From Octopus sinensis (lineage: Eukaryota): DNA of 64,000 nucleotides. A model generated the notes under the pieces. That model searched no databases. It saw nothing but the letters and a program-made list of their open reading frames with translations, and was not told where the DNA came from. The stretch is from the NCBI RefSeq assembly GCF_006345805.1, contig NC_043000.1, forward strand, positions 87,172,001-87,236,000, in the 5' to 3' direction. Shown one piece after another: positions 1 through 12,833 of this stretch (position 1 is its first letter; every line of letters starts with the position of its first letter). Both the position numbers and the translations under genes were made by a program.

Positions 1-77
1 GTGAGGGAATTTGGTAGACAGAAATTGAAAGTCCGTTGCATATATATATACATTTATATATATATATATATTATATA

Positions 78-162
<85 letters not shown>

Positions 163-250
163 TGTGTGTGTGTGTTTGTCTGCATTTGTCACCCATCGCT
201 TGACAACCGCTGTTGGTGTGTTTACATCCCCGTAAATTAGCGGTTCGGGG
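1..250 (+). mobile_element. Partial SINE family 1 copy with internal (TA)n/(TG)n
   Basis: GTGAG..ATTTGGTAGAC..AAA.TGAAAG and CATCGCTTGACAACCG...CCCCGTAA.TTAGCGGTTCGG match the copy at 20681-21150. Confidence 0.7.
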
Positions 251-647
251 TTGCATGACTTTTAGAGTCTCCCTTGCAACGGCCCATCTCTTCAATCAAA
301 ATTCATAATCTACGTACCTTTGTTATTTGCAAAAATGAAACATAGTCCCTTACAGCTTGTTGTATTTTAGAATCATCATAGCAGAGACTGCAGAGATGAT
401 TGTAAAATACAACACATTCAAAAAAGAAAAAAAAATACGTCGGTATATCTTTTTTTCTACTCTTCTTTACATAGATACACACACATACATTTGTGTGTGT
501 GTGTGTGTGTCTGTGTGTGGGTGCGCGCGCTCACACGCGCACGCCTTATATTTGGTACAGAAAGAATTTTGTCTACAGTTTTTATTGTCAAAGGCCACTG
601 TTTTGGGTACAAAGTGACCAGCTTTTCCATAACATCAAATAACAACG

Positions 648-648
648 C

Positions 649-737
<89 letters not shown>

Positions 738-981
738 TATATGCATATATATATATGTACATATATGCATATATATATATATGTATGTGTGTATATATAT
801 ACTTATATATATGTATATATATATATATATGTATATATATATTTATATATATGTATATATATACTTATATATATGTATATATATATATATATATATATGT
901 ACATATATATATATGTATATATATATGTACATAATATATATATATGTATATATATATGTATATACATATATGCATATATAT
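648..981. repeat. (TA)n/(TATG)n compound microsatellite
   Basis: Direct reading. Confidence 0.95.
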
Positions 982-1036
982 CATCATCATCATCATCGTT
1001 TAACGTCCGTTTTCCGCGCTAGCACGGGTTGGACGG
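982..1036 (-). mobile_element. 3' tail fragment of an RTE-related SINE/LINE with (GAT)n tail
   Basis: Minus strand ends ...GGAAAACGGACGTTAAACGATGATGATGATG, an RTE-type 3' end; family assignment from recall. Confidence 0.55.
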
Positions 1037-1037
1037 G

Positions 1038-1069
<32 letters not shown>

Positions 1070-1111
1070 ATACATATATGTATATATATGTGTGTATATA
1101 TATATATTATG

Positions 1112-1156
<45 letters not shown>

Positions 1157-1209
1157 CGAAAAAACAAGTCAAGATAGAAAATGTTAAAATAATTTTATAA
1201 AGAACATTT

Positions 1210-1246
1210 CAGTACCGGTTTCGGTTATTTGAGACCTTTTCAACTG
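1210..1246 (-). ncRNA. Degenerate minimal type I hammerhead motif in a PLE remnant
   Basis: CAG-TTGAAAA-GGT(ctcaaata)ACC-GAA-ACCGGT-A-CTG. Stems I and II and palindromic stem III intact; CUGANGA has two substitutions. Confidence 0.5.
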
Positions 1247-1599
1247 TAACAATTAAAAAATTAAATTTAGAAAAATTAAAAGAAAAGTTTTTTTAAAAGA
1301 ATATTTGTATAGTGTTCAAATATAAGTGGCATTTTCCTTGTTTCTGCCCTTGTCTATCTCTCTTGTTTACTCTTGTAGGTTCAAGGTCCATGTGAATTTT
1401 TGGTAGGGAAGAAGAAGGAGGAGGAGGAGGAGGGGGAGAAGGGGAAGAAGGGGAGGAAGAATTTGGGATTGCCTTGATTGTTGTTGGTCAGTGGTTGCTA
1501 GCAGTTCCTGCTGTTCAATTCATGAAAATATTTCTATTGAAAGGTTTGTTTATAGAATTTGCGTAGGTGTTACACTAAAAAGCATTAGTCATAAAGTTA

Positions 1600-1664
1600 G
1601 GAAGAAGAGGGGGAAGAAGAAGAAGAAGAAGATGAAGATGATGATGACGATGATGATGATGATA

Positions 1665-1699
<35 letters not shown>

Positions 1700-1752
1700 G
1701 AAGAAGAAGATGACGATGACGATAATGATGATGATGATGAAGAAGAAGAAAG
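1600..1752. repeat. (GAA)n/(GAT)n microsatellite
   Basis: Direct reading. Confidence 0.95.
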
Positions 1753-1838
1753 AGAAGGGAGAATATGAATGCGTGGAATATATGTATGTATATATTTATA
1801 TATACGGAGAGAGAGAGAGAAATGAAGAGAGAAAGAGG

Positions 1839-2584
1839 GGAGACAGAAAGACTAAGTGACGTTTGTGTGTTTGGTACACGTCTCTCTCTCTCTATCTCTC
1901 TTTCTGAGTTGGCCAAAGCCTTGTGAATGGACTTCGTAGACCGTAACAAATTAAAACCAGACGTATATATGTGTGTATATGTATGTATCAATGTGTGTAC
2001 GTATGCCTGTGTGTGTATATTTGCATGTATAAGTATACAACCCCCACCTTTCATCACCATTGCTTCTTTTTATTGTCTTTTCTCTTGAAGTTGTTCTTAT
2101 TTTCATTGTTTTGGATTTCTTTCGGTTTTCTTTTACCTCCGTAGGTAATTCGTCGAAAAGTTTTTTTTCATTTACTGTTTTCGTTTCTTTTAAAGTTATT
2201 TACGGTATATCCTCGTATTTTTTCCTCCTCTGATTTGAAATTTTCAGTTAACATCTTAACCAAAACAAATAGATGGCTCATCTATATAGTTTGATCGTAA
2301 CATGGGGCCCCTCAATCGCGGAGGCCCCCAGCGGCCGCAGGTGTTGCAGGGTCTTAGCGACGGCCAAGCTGCAAAGGATATACAGCAGAAAGGATACGAA
2401 AGATGCTAGATTTGAAAAATGTATTGGGCTAAATTAAATATAGATAAAAACATTAAATTGGCTCTAACTACCAAATTCTGCTGCCAACCGATCGAGCATG
2501 GACTGAAGTATAGCAAAACTAAATTCAAACGGAAATCCCATGCTGTTAACTTCGTTTTACACTTCGAGAATATATTTCGGGGCA
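1839..2584 (+). repeat. Donor copy of a 746-bp segment duplicated at 3241-3986
   Basis: Constant offset of 1402 bp; 3 substitutions seen. Confidence 0.95.
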
Positions 2585-2589
2585 CCGCA

Positions 2590-2760
2590 CTGAAGAATTC
2601 CTAGTTGAACGAATCGACCCTAGTACTTTCCTTTTTAAGCCTGGTACTTATTTTTATCGATCCCTCTTGTCGGAGCGCTAAGTTACGGGGACGTAAACAC
2701 ACCAACACCGGCTGTCAACTTCGGTGGGAAATAAACACAGACGCAATGACGCACGCACAC
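2590..2760 (-). mobile_element. SINE family 1 fragment
   Basis: GCTAAGTTACGGGGACGTAAACACACCAACACCGG is the reverse complement of the SINE1 body. Confidence 0.7.
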
Positions 2761-2769
2761 AATACATAC

Positions 2770-2809
<40 letters not shown>

Positions 2810-2956
2810 GATTCCAGGAGACACGACTTAAGTCGAATTAACTTGTCTCTAGGCTAAACCGATAATAACCATTCCCAGTTCTGTACTTTATTTATGAATG
2901 CATTTTCAATAATACATGGTTTGATATGTTTGATATGTACTAAAATCTTGTTCTTA

Positions 2957-4978
2957 CGAGGGGCGTTCAATAAGTAATGCCTCTGACCCACTTCCCATAG
3001 CAGTAGAGCAACGAAACTTGGCACAGTTATTAGTCTTTTTCTACATAGGAACCACCCAGAGTAACGCATTTCTCCCATTGTTTGATGCAGCTCTGGAGAC
3101 CGTTTTTGTAGAAGACCCCAGCTTGGTCCTCCAACCTCAACGTGACTTCAGAAATCAAGGCTGCATCATCTGGGAAACGCTTTCCTTTCAAAAACAACTT
3201 CATGGCTGGAAAGAGGTGAAAATCAGAGGTTGCAAGTTCAGGAGACAGAAAGACTAAGTGCCGTTTGTGTGTTTGGTACACGTCTCTCTCTCTCTATCTC
3301 TCTTTCTGAGTTGGCCAAAGCCTTGTGAATGGACTTCGTAGACCGTAACAAATTAAAACCAGACGTATATATGTGTGTATATGTATGTATCAATGTGTGT
3401 ACGTATGCCTGTGTGTGTATATTTGCATGTATAAGTATACAACCCCCACCTTTCATCACCATTGCTTCTTTTTATTGTCTTTTCTCTTGAAGTTGTTCTT
3501 ATTTTCATTGTTTTGGATTTCTTTCGGTTTTCTTTTACCTCCGTAGGTAATTCGTCGAAAAGTTTTTTTTCATTTACTGTTTTCGTTTCTTTTAAAGTTA
3601 TTTACGGTATATCCTCGTATTTTTTCCTCCTCTGATTTGAAATTTTCAGTTAACATCTTAACCAAAACAAATAGATGGCTCATCTATATAGTTTGATCGT
3701 AACATGGGACCCCTCAATCGCGGAGGCCCCCAGCGGCCGCAGGTGTTGCAGGGTCTTAGCGACGGCCAAGCTGCAAAGGATATACAGCAGAAAGGATACG
3801 AAAGATACTAGATTTGAAAAATGTATTGGGCTAAATTAAATATAGATAAAAACATTAAATTGGCTCTAACTACCAAATTCTGCTGCCAACCGATCGAGCA
3901 TGGACTGAAGTATAGCAAAACTAAATTCAAACGGAAATCCCATGCTGTTAACTTCGTTTTACACTTCGAGAATATATTTCGGGGCAGGAGGAGGAGTTCA
4001 TAACCACACGCCTGTGCTTCTGATCTGGCAACACGCGAGTTGTGGACCGGAGCGTTGTCCTGCAGGAGGAGGATTCCTTTGCTGATCTTGCCCCGCCTCT
4101 TGATTTTGATAGCTTCTCTTAATTTCCTCAAAAGTGAAGCATAATAGACTCCTGTAATTGTGGTACCCTTTGCCAGGAAATATGTCATCACTACTCCGTC
4201 CTGGTCCCAGAAGACTGTGAGCATGACCTTGCCAGGGGAGGGCTGCACCCTTGCCTTCTTTGGAGGAGGTGAGTCACGGTGCTTCCACTGCATTGACTGG
4301 GATTTTTCTCTGGATCATAGTGATGGACCCAGATTTCATCCTGTGTAATCAGTCTTTTGAAAAATTTTGACTCATCTTCTTGGCACATCTCCAAATTCAT
4401 CCTCGAGCACTCGACGCGTTCTTGCTTCGGGAAAGGTGTAAGCAACCTGGGAATCCATCTGGCAGACACCTTTTGCATATGCAAATGGTCATGAATGATA
4501 GTTTCCACAGACCCGGTACTAATCTTAACCTCATATGCTATTTGGCGAATAGTTATGCGTCGATCTTCCAAAATGGCAGCCTCAACTTGACGGACAGATG
4601 CCTCATCAATGGCAGAAGCGGAGCGACCAGATCTAGGAGCTGTTTCCACAGAGTTCCAACCATGTTTGAATTCACGATGCCAGCGTTTTACAAGGTCATA
4701 TGATGGGGCATCATCACCATAAGTTACTTTCATTTCATCAAAAGTCTCCCGTGGTGTGCGTCCTTTCAAATACAAAAACCGATTCACTGCTCGACACTCA
4801 ACAAGCTCCATTTCACACTTGACTCAGTTCAAACACCTGTAAATCAGAAACCACAATTAGTTCAGAGCTGTAATTTGCAACTTAATCTATAAAGATATAA
4901 ATAATTGCACATGCAACATTTCAGCTAGATCAAACAACTGCAAGTGGGTCAGTGGCATTACTTATTGAACGTACCTCG
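2957..4978 (-). mobile_element. Full-length mariner (DD34D) element interrupted by a 746-bp insertion
   Basis: About 37-bp TIRs CGAGG..CGTTCAATAAGTAATGCC.CTGACCCACTT, TA on both sides. Transposase 4811->3030 with WIPRLL, QDE.WV, QDNAPVH and SPELATSDFHLF; one frameshift near 4290. Confidence 0.95.
3241..3986 (+). repeat. Inserted copy of 1839-2584 inside the mariner transposase
   Basis: Sits between the GYELL and SPELA codons and replaces the HPPY motif. Confidence 0.93.
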
Positions 4979-5719
4979 TATTATGTACAATCGTCGGTAC
5001 AGTTGTCCGATTCATCCCTAAAGATCGTGCAACTGCTACCACTTTTTCACTCTTTTCAGGGCGCTTCATAATAGCCAGTTTATCTTCTTGCGTTGTAGCA
5101 TCACGCTTAGCACTTTCACTATGAATTTTCTAAGGAGTTATGGGGGCAAAAAGTAAAGTCACAAATGAATGAGAATGAGAAAGTAGCCGATAAACAGATG
5201 CAAACAAATCTGAATTCAAAACAATCGCGGGACTCACGAGTGACAACGACGACTAACGGTAGATATTATTAAACCATTATGCAAAAGGTACAGTACAATA
5301 TGAGCTCGGAAAGACCGATAAATAAGACAACACAGCTGATTTCATGATTTCGTTCACTAAGCTACACTACTTTATGGTGTGTATCTTAACATTTATTGTA
5401 CGTATTTTAATATGATTTCCTATGCTTTATTTATTGTACAGTAACATGATTTCATGTGCTTTCGACGGTTTTCCAGTGATTTTACGATTTCAATATCTGT
5501 GGCGGACAGACGTAAAGTAGAGTAAAATGACTTAACATGATCTTTATTTTTCCATTTATTTTTTGGGGAAAACCGACGTATAATCGAGAACAACTTAAAT
5601 TGAAACGACTTAAGCCGAGGTATGCCTCTGTGTGTGTGTGTGTGTATGTCTATATAGTCAATTCAAATAAACGAACAATAAAATTAACGATGACACGAGG
5701 ACATCTGTTATATATATAC

Positions 5720-5764
<45 letters not shown>

Positions 5765-5771
<7 letters not shown>

Positions 5772-5930
5772 TGGGCTTCTTTCAGTTACATGTACCAAAT
5801 CCACTCACAAGGCTTCGGTTTGTCCGAGGTTATAGTAAAAAATACTTGTCCAAGGTGCTATGCAGTGGGACGGAACCTGGCGCTATGAGGTTGGGGAGAA
5901 AACTTCTTGCCACACAACCTCGCCTGCATG
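5765..5930 (-). mobile_element. SINE family 1 5' half (tRNA-derived head)
   Basis: Minus strand GGTTGTGTGGCAAGAAG...GGTTCCGTCCCACTGCAT, with A-box and B-box like motifs. Confidence 0.75.
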
Positions 5931-6684
5931 AAAAATATTATAAAGCTGCGGATAATGACATTATGTTTCATTGAAAATCCCTTTGGATAGGCGAAGAGGT
6001 TTCCTTGGAAATCACGTGTACTATTTGCATCGGATTGCTGTTCCTTTTAATTGTATTCTTTAAATTATTTGTTTTCAACTGCAGTGAATTGTCCCTTTGA
6101 TTCAAGCGTAGTGTATCGTAGGGTACATTATCCAATGCATCATTTAAAAAATGGGATTTGGAATTTGTGAGATAGTGTGTGTGTGTGTTTTGGTGTTAAT
6201 ATAGCAGTTTGGCAAAAAAGCCGATAGAATAAGTACAAGACTTAAAAAACAAGCATAAGCATCGGCGTTAATTTATTCGACTAAGCCCTTCAAAGCGGTG
6301 ATCCAGTAGGGTCAGTGTCCAATACTTGAAACAAATAAAAGCTTAAAGATAATTCTTACTGGTTGAGAAATCACTTGGACGCTCAGTCTCCCTCGTTAGC
6401 TCATGTTACTCCTAGTTACACAAAAAGAAACATTTAATTTTGATTTAGAGACATTTTTCTTTACAGGATATTTCCTGTTATTTCTTGATGGAAATAAACC
6501 CCCAAACATAAAAGTCCTGATGCCGTTAAAAATCAAATCGATACCTACAAAAGCATTTGTCTGTGTAGATTGCCTTTCTGTTTTTAATGACTTTTTCATC
6601 TATAATTATCTCTACGAACAACGAAAGCGTTAACGAATCGAAATATCAATACCTAAAAACTTAGAGAATGGAAATATTGATTTT

Positions 6685-6995
6685 AAAATTTTGGCACGAA
6701 GCCAGCAATTTCAGGGGCAGAGGTAAGTAGATTATATCGATGAAAGGTAAAGTTGACCCCGGCGGAATTTGAACTCAGAACGTAGCGGCAGACGAAATAC
6801 CTATTTCTTTACTACCCACAAGGGGCTAAACGCAGAGGGGACGAACAAAGACAGACAAACGGATTAAGTCGATTATATCGACCCCAATGCGTAACTGGTA
6901 CTTATTTAATCGACCCCGAAAGGATGAAAGGCAAAGTCGAACTCGGCGGAATTTGAACTCAGAACGTAGGGCAGACAAAATACTGCTAAGCATTT
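6685..6995 (-). mobile_element. SINE family 2 copy with duplicated head segment
   Basis: GGCGGAATTTGAACTCAGAACGTAG occurs twice; CGACCCCGAAAGGATGAAAGGCAAAGTCG core. Confidence 0.85.
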
Positions 6996-7950
6996 CTCTA
7001 TAATGTTAGGCGGTAGGATCGAACACGGAATCTCGTGAAAAATGAAGGAGTGAGGAAATAAGAAGACGAAGTTGATTATGCTTTTGTAACTTCATGCCTT
7101 ATATTCCTAACAAAACATTCTACATAAGATGGTGTTCAATTATTTCCTTCTGATTTAATTTAGATAAATTTTAAATATTAACTGGTGATGTTATCAATAG
7201 TCGTTATTTCTGATAAGGGTGACTACCGAAAGGACTTTATACGAATATATACAAGTATAGTTTTCTGTAATTCTATAAGAACGAAGTATAGTTAAAACAG
7301 CACTTTAATTTCTACATTCTTTGAATGCTCTCGTGGTTGTGAAGCGAAATTTTTAGCCATTTGGCCTTACTGCGCCTACGAAATGAATAATAAATTAATA
7401 AATAACTTTACAAAAACGTATTTTAAAATATAAAAGCAGAGTAAATAAAACGTCTATCAAAAAATAGAGATTTAACAAGTCTAGCAGAATATATTATATT
7501 ATCAATACGGCTGTAGTTATATCTAATGGTTCTGGTACAAATTTTAAGAGTGAATAATCAACAAATAATTTATATCTAAAATTGAATAGATTCGTTTTTG
7601 AAAAGCAGCAGCTTGAATGTCGCCAAAACAATTATATTTTAAAGGCAATGTATAAAAGATGAATTTTAAACAAATCAGAGCCAATAACAGAATGCATTAA
7701 GCAAACAATATATGGAGTCTATAGTGAATTAGTTAATTGTATAGTTACTTTAGTTGGCCCTTGAGCTGTGTTCTGTTGCAAACAGCTTGTTTCACTTCAG
7801 TAGTAAAATTTTATTGGAGTGATTTTACTCTATTTTTACCCTTTACTTTGTTACTTAACTGGGACTTTATTATGTTATTGGAGTCAAGGATGAATGAAAC
7901 AGTTGCTGTTAATTGACAATAATACACACATTATTATCTGTCTGTCTGTT

Positions 7951-7991
<41 letters not shown>

Positions 7992-8379
7992 ATATACAGG
8001 TTGATCCAAAAAAATGTATACACACATTGAATGACTATAAACTGACGATCTTTCTGGTTTATGCACTGCTAATAACGCGAAGCAATGGAATCACAGACAT
8101 CAAGAAGTCTTTCGTTCGGTCATCGTGCACAGACGCGTTCAGTGGTTGCCTTCAATTAAATGACTGGTTTTGGTACCGTAGACTTTATCATTTAAGCATA
8201 CAAACGAAAAGTCAAGCAGTGGAGGTCCAGTGAATTCAGAGGGTTCATTCAATCCACCTGTTTGTCAAAATCTTATCGTGGTAAGCTTTTACATTACTGT
8301 GTGATTGATTTCTTTCCCTTCCTTTCCAAGCGCTAAACCAATACAAATAAGTTTTTTCCTCTGAAGGAGCTGGTTTCTA

Positions 8380-8660
8380 ACAACGACACAATGCTCCATC
8401 TTTGGAATGTAGATAACGAAAACCCTCTGCAAAAAATCCCAAATTTTATTTAATTTGCTTTGCGGGAAGGACTGTTTCGCGTCTTGTCCTTACCTTCGAA
8501 CGAGGAGTAGACGAAACAGGGACAACTGAAGAAGGGGAATATTCCTTGTGTTGTATGTCTTGCACTCTGTGTTTTTCGTTGTTCGAAAAAAAGTTCGTTT
8601 CTATGTTTTTGTTTTTATGTTTTCGTTTCTCATTGTGTTCAACGTTTTTTTATGTCCTGT
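8380..8660 (+). repeat. Unclassified interspersed repeat, same family as 19190-19500 in opposite orientation
   Basis: Shared CTGAAGAAGGGGAA..TTCCTTG and GTTTTCGTTTCTCATTGTGTTC segments. Confidence 0.7.
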
Positions 8661-9119
8661 ATATGCATATATATATACATATATGTCCTGTATATGCATG
8701 TATATATACATATATATATAGGTATGTACATATATGTATGTATATATACATATATTTATATATTATTTATATTATGTATATATGTACGGCCATATGTATG
8801 TATGTGTGTATGTTTGTTCGTATGTATGCATGTATGTATGCATGTACATGTGTCAGTCCGCATCTTTGTGTGTATGTGAACGTATGTATCAATGCATGTA
8901 TGTACGTAACATTCGTACGCATATATAAGTATACGCGCGCGCGCGCGCGTGTGTGTGTGTGTGTATGCATGTATGTACATACGTACACACACATGTATAC
9001 ATGTATATATATATATACGTACACGCACATGTATGCATGTATGTGTGCGTATGTATATATGTATATGTGTATATATGTACTACTACTACTACTACTGTTA
9101 TTATTATTATTATCATTCT

Positions 9120-9290
9120 TAAGGCAGAATCGTTAGTACACTGCATGAAATGCTTAGCGGTATTTCACCCGTCGCTACGTTTTGAATTCAAATTCTGCCG
9201 AGGTCGGCTTTGCCTTTCATCCCATCGGATATATAGATAAAATAAGTACCAGTTGAACAGTGGGGTCAATGTAATCGACTGTATTGTAAC
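9120..9290 (+). mobile_element. SINE family 2 copy
   Basis: GGCAGAATCGTTAG...TTCAAATTCTGCCGAGGTCGGCTTTGCCTTTCATCC. Confidence 0.8.
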
Positions 9291-9299
9291 TTGCGATGA

Positions 9300-9835
9300 A
9301 ATATAGATTCTGTACAATAATAAAAAACGTTCTTCGCAGTGGTTGGACCAAAATGAAGCACCGAAAACCTTTCCTAAAGCCGAGATCTTCAAAAAGAAGG
9401 TTATGGTGACTGTTTGGTTGTGTATTGCTGGACTCATCCACCATAACTTCTTAAAACCCGGAAAAACCGCAGAAACATATTGCCATGAAATTACCAAAAT
9501 GGACGAAAAACTGCTACTCCGTCCCAGACTGGTCAACAGAAGAGGGCCAATCATTCTTCATGACAATGCTCAACCACACGTTTCCCTAATGATGCTCTAG
9601 AAGTTGAGGGAACTTGGCTACGAAGTTCTTCCCCACCCAACTTATTCCCCAGACCTTTCTCCTATCGACTATCACTTTTTCAAGCACCTTGATGGTTTCC
9701 TGCGAGAGGAGTTAAAAAATCAAGCCGATGTTGAAAGTGCGTTCAAAGAGTTCATTAGCTCCAGAACTCCTGATTTTTATGTTACCAGAGTAAACAAACT
9801 TGTAAATCGTTGGCAAAAATCTGAGAACAAGGTAT
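9300..9835 (+). pseudogene. Mariner transposase C-terminal remnant
   Basis: KKVMVTVW, ILHDNAQPH, HPTYSPDLSPIDYHFF; internal stop. Confidence 0.9.
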
Positions 9836-10007
9836 TTTTGTATGTATGTATGTATGTATGTATGTATGTATGTATGTATGTATGTATGTATGTATGTATG
9901 TATGTATGTATGTATGTATGTATGTATGTATGTGTGTATGTATGTATGTATGTATGTATGTATTATGTATGTATGTATGTGTGTATGTATGTATGTATGT
10001 ATGTATG

Positions 10008-10361
10008 TGTAGATTTGTATGTTTTATGTATGTATTCTCATGCATAGAGTTACGTATCTAGACATGCTCATATATATTTAAAAGATAAACTTCTGGAAAG
10101 TTTTACAGTTCGAGTGATGGATTGGATCTGTAGTCTTCAAATTAGCTTTCTCCTTTCTGGTTTTGAGGAGCCTAATTTCTCAAGATTGGTATTTAGGCAG
10201 TGTGTTTCATATCCCATTGCCCCTATAGTTACAGGTATAAACCTGAACATGTAAACTGGATAGAGTAACTGTAGTTTTCTCAATAGTTCAGCATAGGTGT
10301 TCTCTTTTTCACTGATCTTCAGCTTTATGTTAACATCCTCTACAACGTCATATCTCATAAG
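10008..10361 (-). mobile_element. Short 5'-truncated copy of the R4/Dong-like RLE LINE
   Basis: DVNIKLKISEKENTYAELL...IPVTIGAMG plus 3' UTR ending in (ATAC)n; roughly 90% identical to 10421-10760 by eye. Confidence 0.8.
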
Positions 10362-10420
10362 TATGTATGTATGTATGTATGCATGTATGTATGTATGTAT
10401 GTATGTATGTATGTATGTAT

Positions 10421-11313
10421 GTGCAGATCTGTATGTTTTATGTATGTATTCTCATGCATATAGTTGCATATATAGACATACTCATATACATTTAAAGGAT
10501 AAACTTCTGGAAAGTTTTACAGATTTTTATAGTTTCAGTGATGGATTGGATCTGTAGTCTTCGAATTAGCTTTCTCCTTCTTGGTTTTGAAAAATCTAAT
10601 TTCTCAAGATTTAGGCAGTACGTTTCATATCCCAGGATCCAATAATTACAGCTATAATAAACCTGAACTTGTAATCTGTATAGAGTAACTGCAGATTTCT
10701 TAATAGTTCAGCATAGGTGTTCTCTTTATCACTGATCTTCAGCTAATTTCTACAACTGTGCATAGTTTCTCTTCTCTATCCCAAATCGTTATATCAGGTC
10801 TGTTGTGCTTACATTTTATTGTGGTCTTCACTGGTATATTCCAACAGTATTCCTTTTTATTATGAGTGGCTATGGCTTCTACCATATTGCGGGTTCTGAT
10901 TTATTTGTCCTCGAGATTATCCTTCCGACGGATATCATTATAAAGTGTCCTAGCTGCAACGTCATCGGTAGATAATACCATGATGACATTTTCGGACAAC
11001 TGCTTACGATGTGGATGATATCTTCAGTGTGAACTCCACATAGTCTGCATCGGTTGTCACATTTTACAGCTTTTCCAACATCTCTATCCCATTTGTGCAT
11101 CAGATACTTGGTTGATATTTCCTGTTCCTGGATTGCAAACACATACCCTTCAAAGTGGGAGGTAGTAATCCGGCTATTGGTCCATGATAAACTGCTTTGA
11201 TGATCGATATTACTTTCATCACAGAGCTTTCTACTAACATATCCATGTATAGTCTTCTGCTCATATAGGCTCATCCTTTCATCTGATGTGTTGCGGTAGA
11301 GTCGTGCGACTTC
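10421..11313 (-). mobile_element. 5'-truncated R4/Dong-like non-LTR retrotransposon (CCHC knuckle plus restriction-like endonuclease)
   Basis: CRLCGVHTEDIIHIVSSC knuckle; WNIPVKTTIKCKHNRPDITIWD...VVEIS PD-(D/E) motif; (TATG)n on both flanks. Confidence 0.82.
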
Positions 11314-11579
11314 TATGTATGTATGTATGTATGTATGTATGTATGTATGTATGTATGTATGTATGTATGTATGTATGTATATGTATGTGTGTGCGTGTTT
11401 GTGTGAGCGTGCATGTGTGTGTGTGTAAATACATTACTTCTACACTTTCTGTAAAAGTACGTTTGGCGTTATAACCCCGCGAGGTGACATGTTAACCATA
11501 AAAGTGAGGATTCGCAAACGATCTTTACATCAACCTACTGAAGTCTCAACGAACTTTCGTACGCTTGCAACTAGCATTC

Positions 11580-11801
<222 letters not shown>

Positions 11802-12369
11802 CTGTTTCTCAGTCTTTTAGTCTGTGAATATTTAATATTGCAGATAAAATCTTTTGTCGGCACAGTGCAATGAAATATTCAAAGCTACGTTGATGAGCAT
11901 CAAGCATCATTATAATTGGTGTGAAGGGAAAGATCTTGTCGGCAGAAACGATGTAAACAAAGTTAATGGCTTTTGTTACGTTGTCGTAATAAAACAACAA
12001 TGGTTGTTCACTTTGATTACATGGTTTCTATTAACGTCATTCTTCCATTTTTATTGACAATTAGTGAACAGATATAATTACGTCAGACACCATCCCATAA
12101 TTATTTCTGAGCAACAGCTAGAAATAATTAGTTCGGTAGAATAAATTAATTCAGAAACTTGATGGTGTGCTACACCTAATTTGCTACGATTTCCTATCGA
12201 ACTGAAGTTGTAAGTGCACACAAAGACATACGCGCGCGCATACATGCATACTTTAGAAGTAGGGATCTTATTGGTTTTGAAGAATGAAATTATCAACAGA
12301 CTGTAATATTGAATAAATGGTTCAGTACTGTTTAGACATTACTCCTTAGCGTAAAACTCATAGACACAG

Positions 12370-12518
12370 ACATGGATCTGTGGTTAAAAAACTTACTTTC
12401 CAACCATTTGGTTATGGTTTCACTTTCACTGCGTAGCATCTTTGGCAAATGTCTTCTATTATAGCCCTGGGCCGACCAAATCCTTGTGAATGAGACGGAA
12501 ACTAAAAGAAGCCTGTCG

Positions 12519-12520
<2 letters not shown>
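12370..12520 (+). mobile_element. SINE family 1 5' half, diverged
   Basis: CACTGCGTAGCATCTTTGGCAAATGTCTTCTATTATAGCCCTGGGCCGACCAAA. Confidence 0.7.
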
Positions 12521-12607
<87 letters not shown>

Positions 12608-12704
12608 GTTTAGTGGTAGTCTGCCCTTGGGCAGGTCCTGTGCATGTGAACCTCCTCCAGCACTCTATGCGACTTGGGAGGGCTCATACCTTCCTCTGCC
12701 ACCG

Positions 12705-12748
<44 letters not shown>

Positions 12749-12833
12749 ACAAACACGCAAAAGCACACACACACACACACAACACATACACACGTACGCA
12801 GACACGCACACATGTACATCCAGGGAAGTGATA

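Noticed and set aside
7998-8280. Candidate exon with acceptor near 7997 and strong donor GTG|GTAAGC
   Set aside because: All three frames have stops. The phase-1 frame (ATG 8160) hits TAA at 8193. It might be a non-coding exon but is unsupported.
12099-12129. AATTATTTCT/AGAAATAATT hairpin
   Set aside because: Short and AT-rich; expected by chance in this composition.
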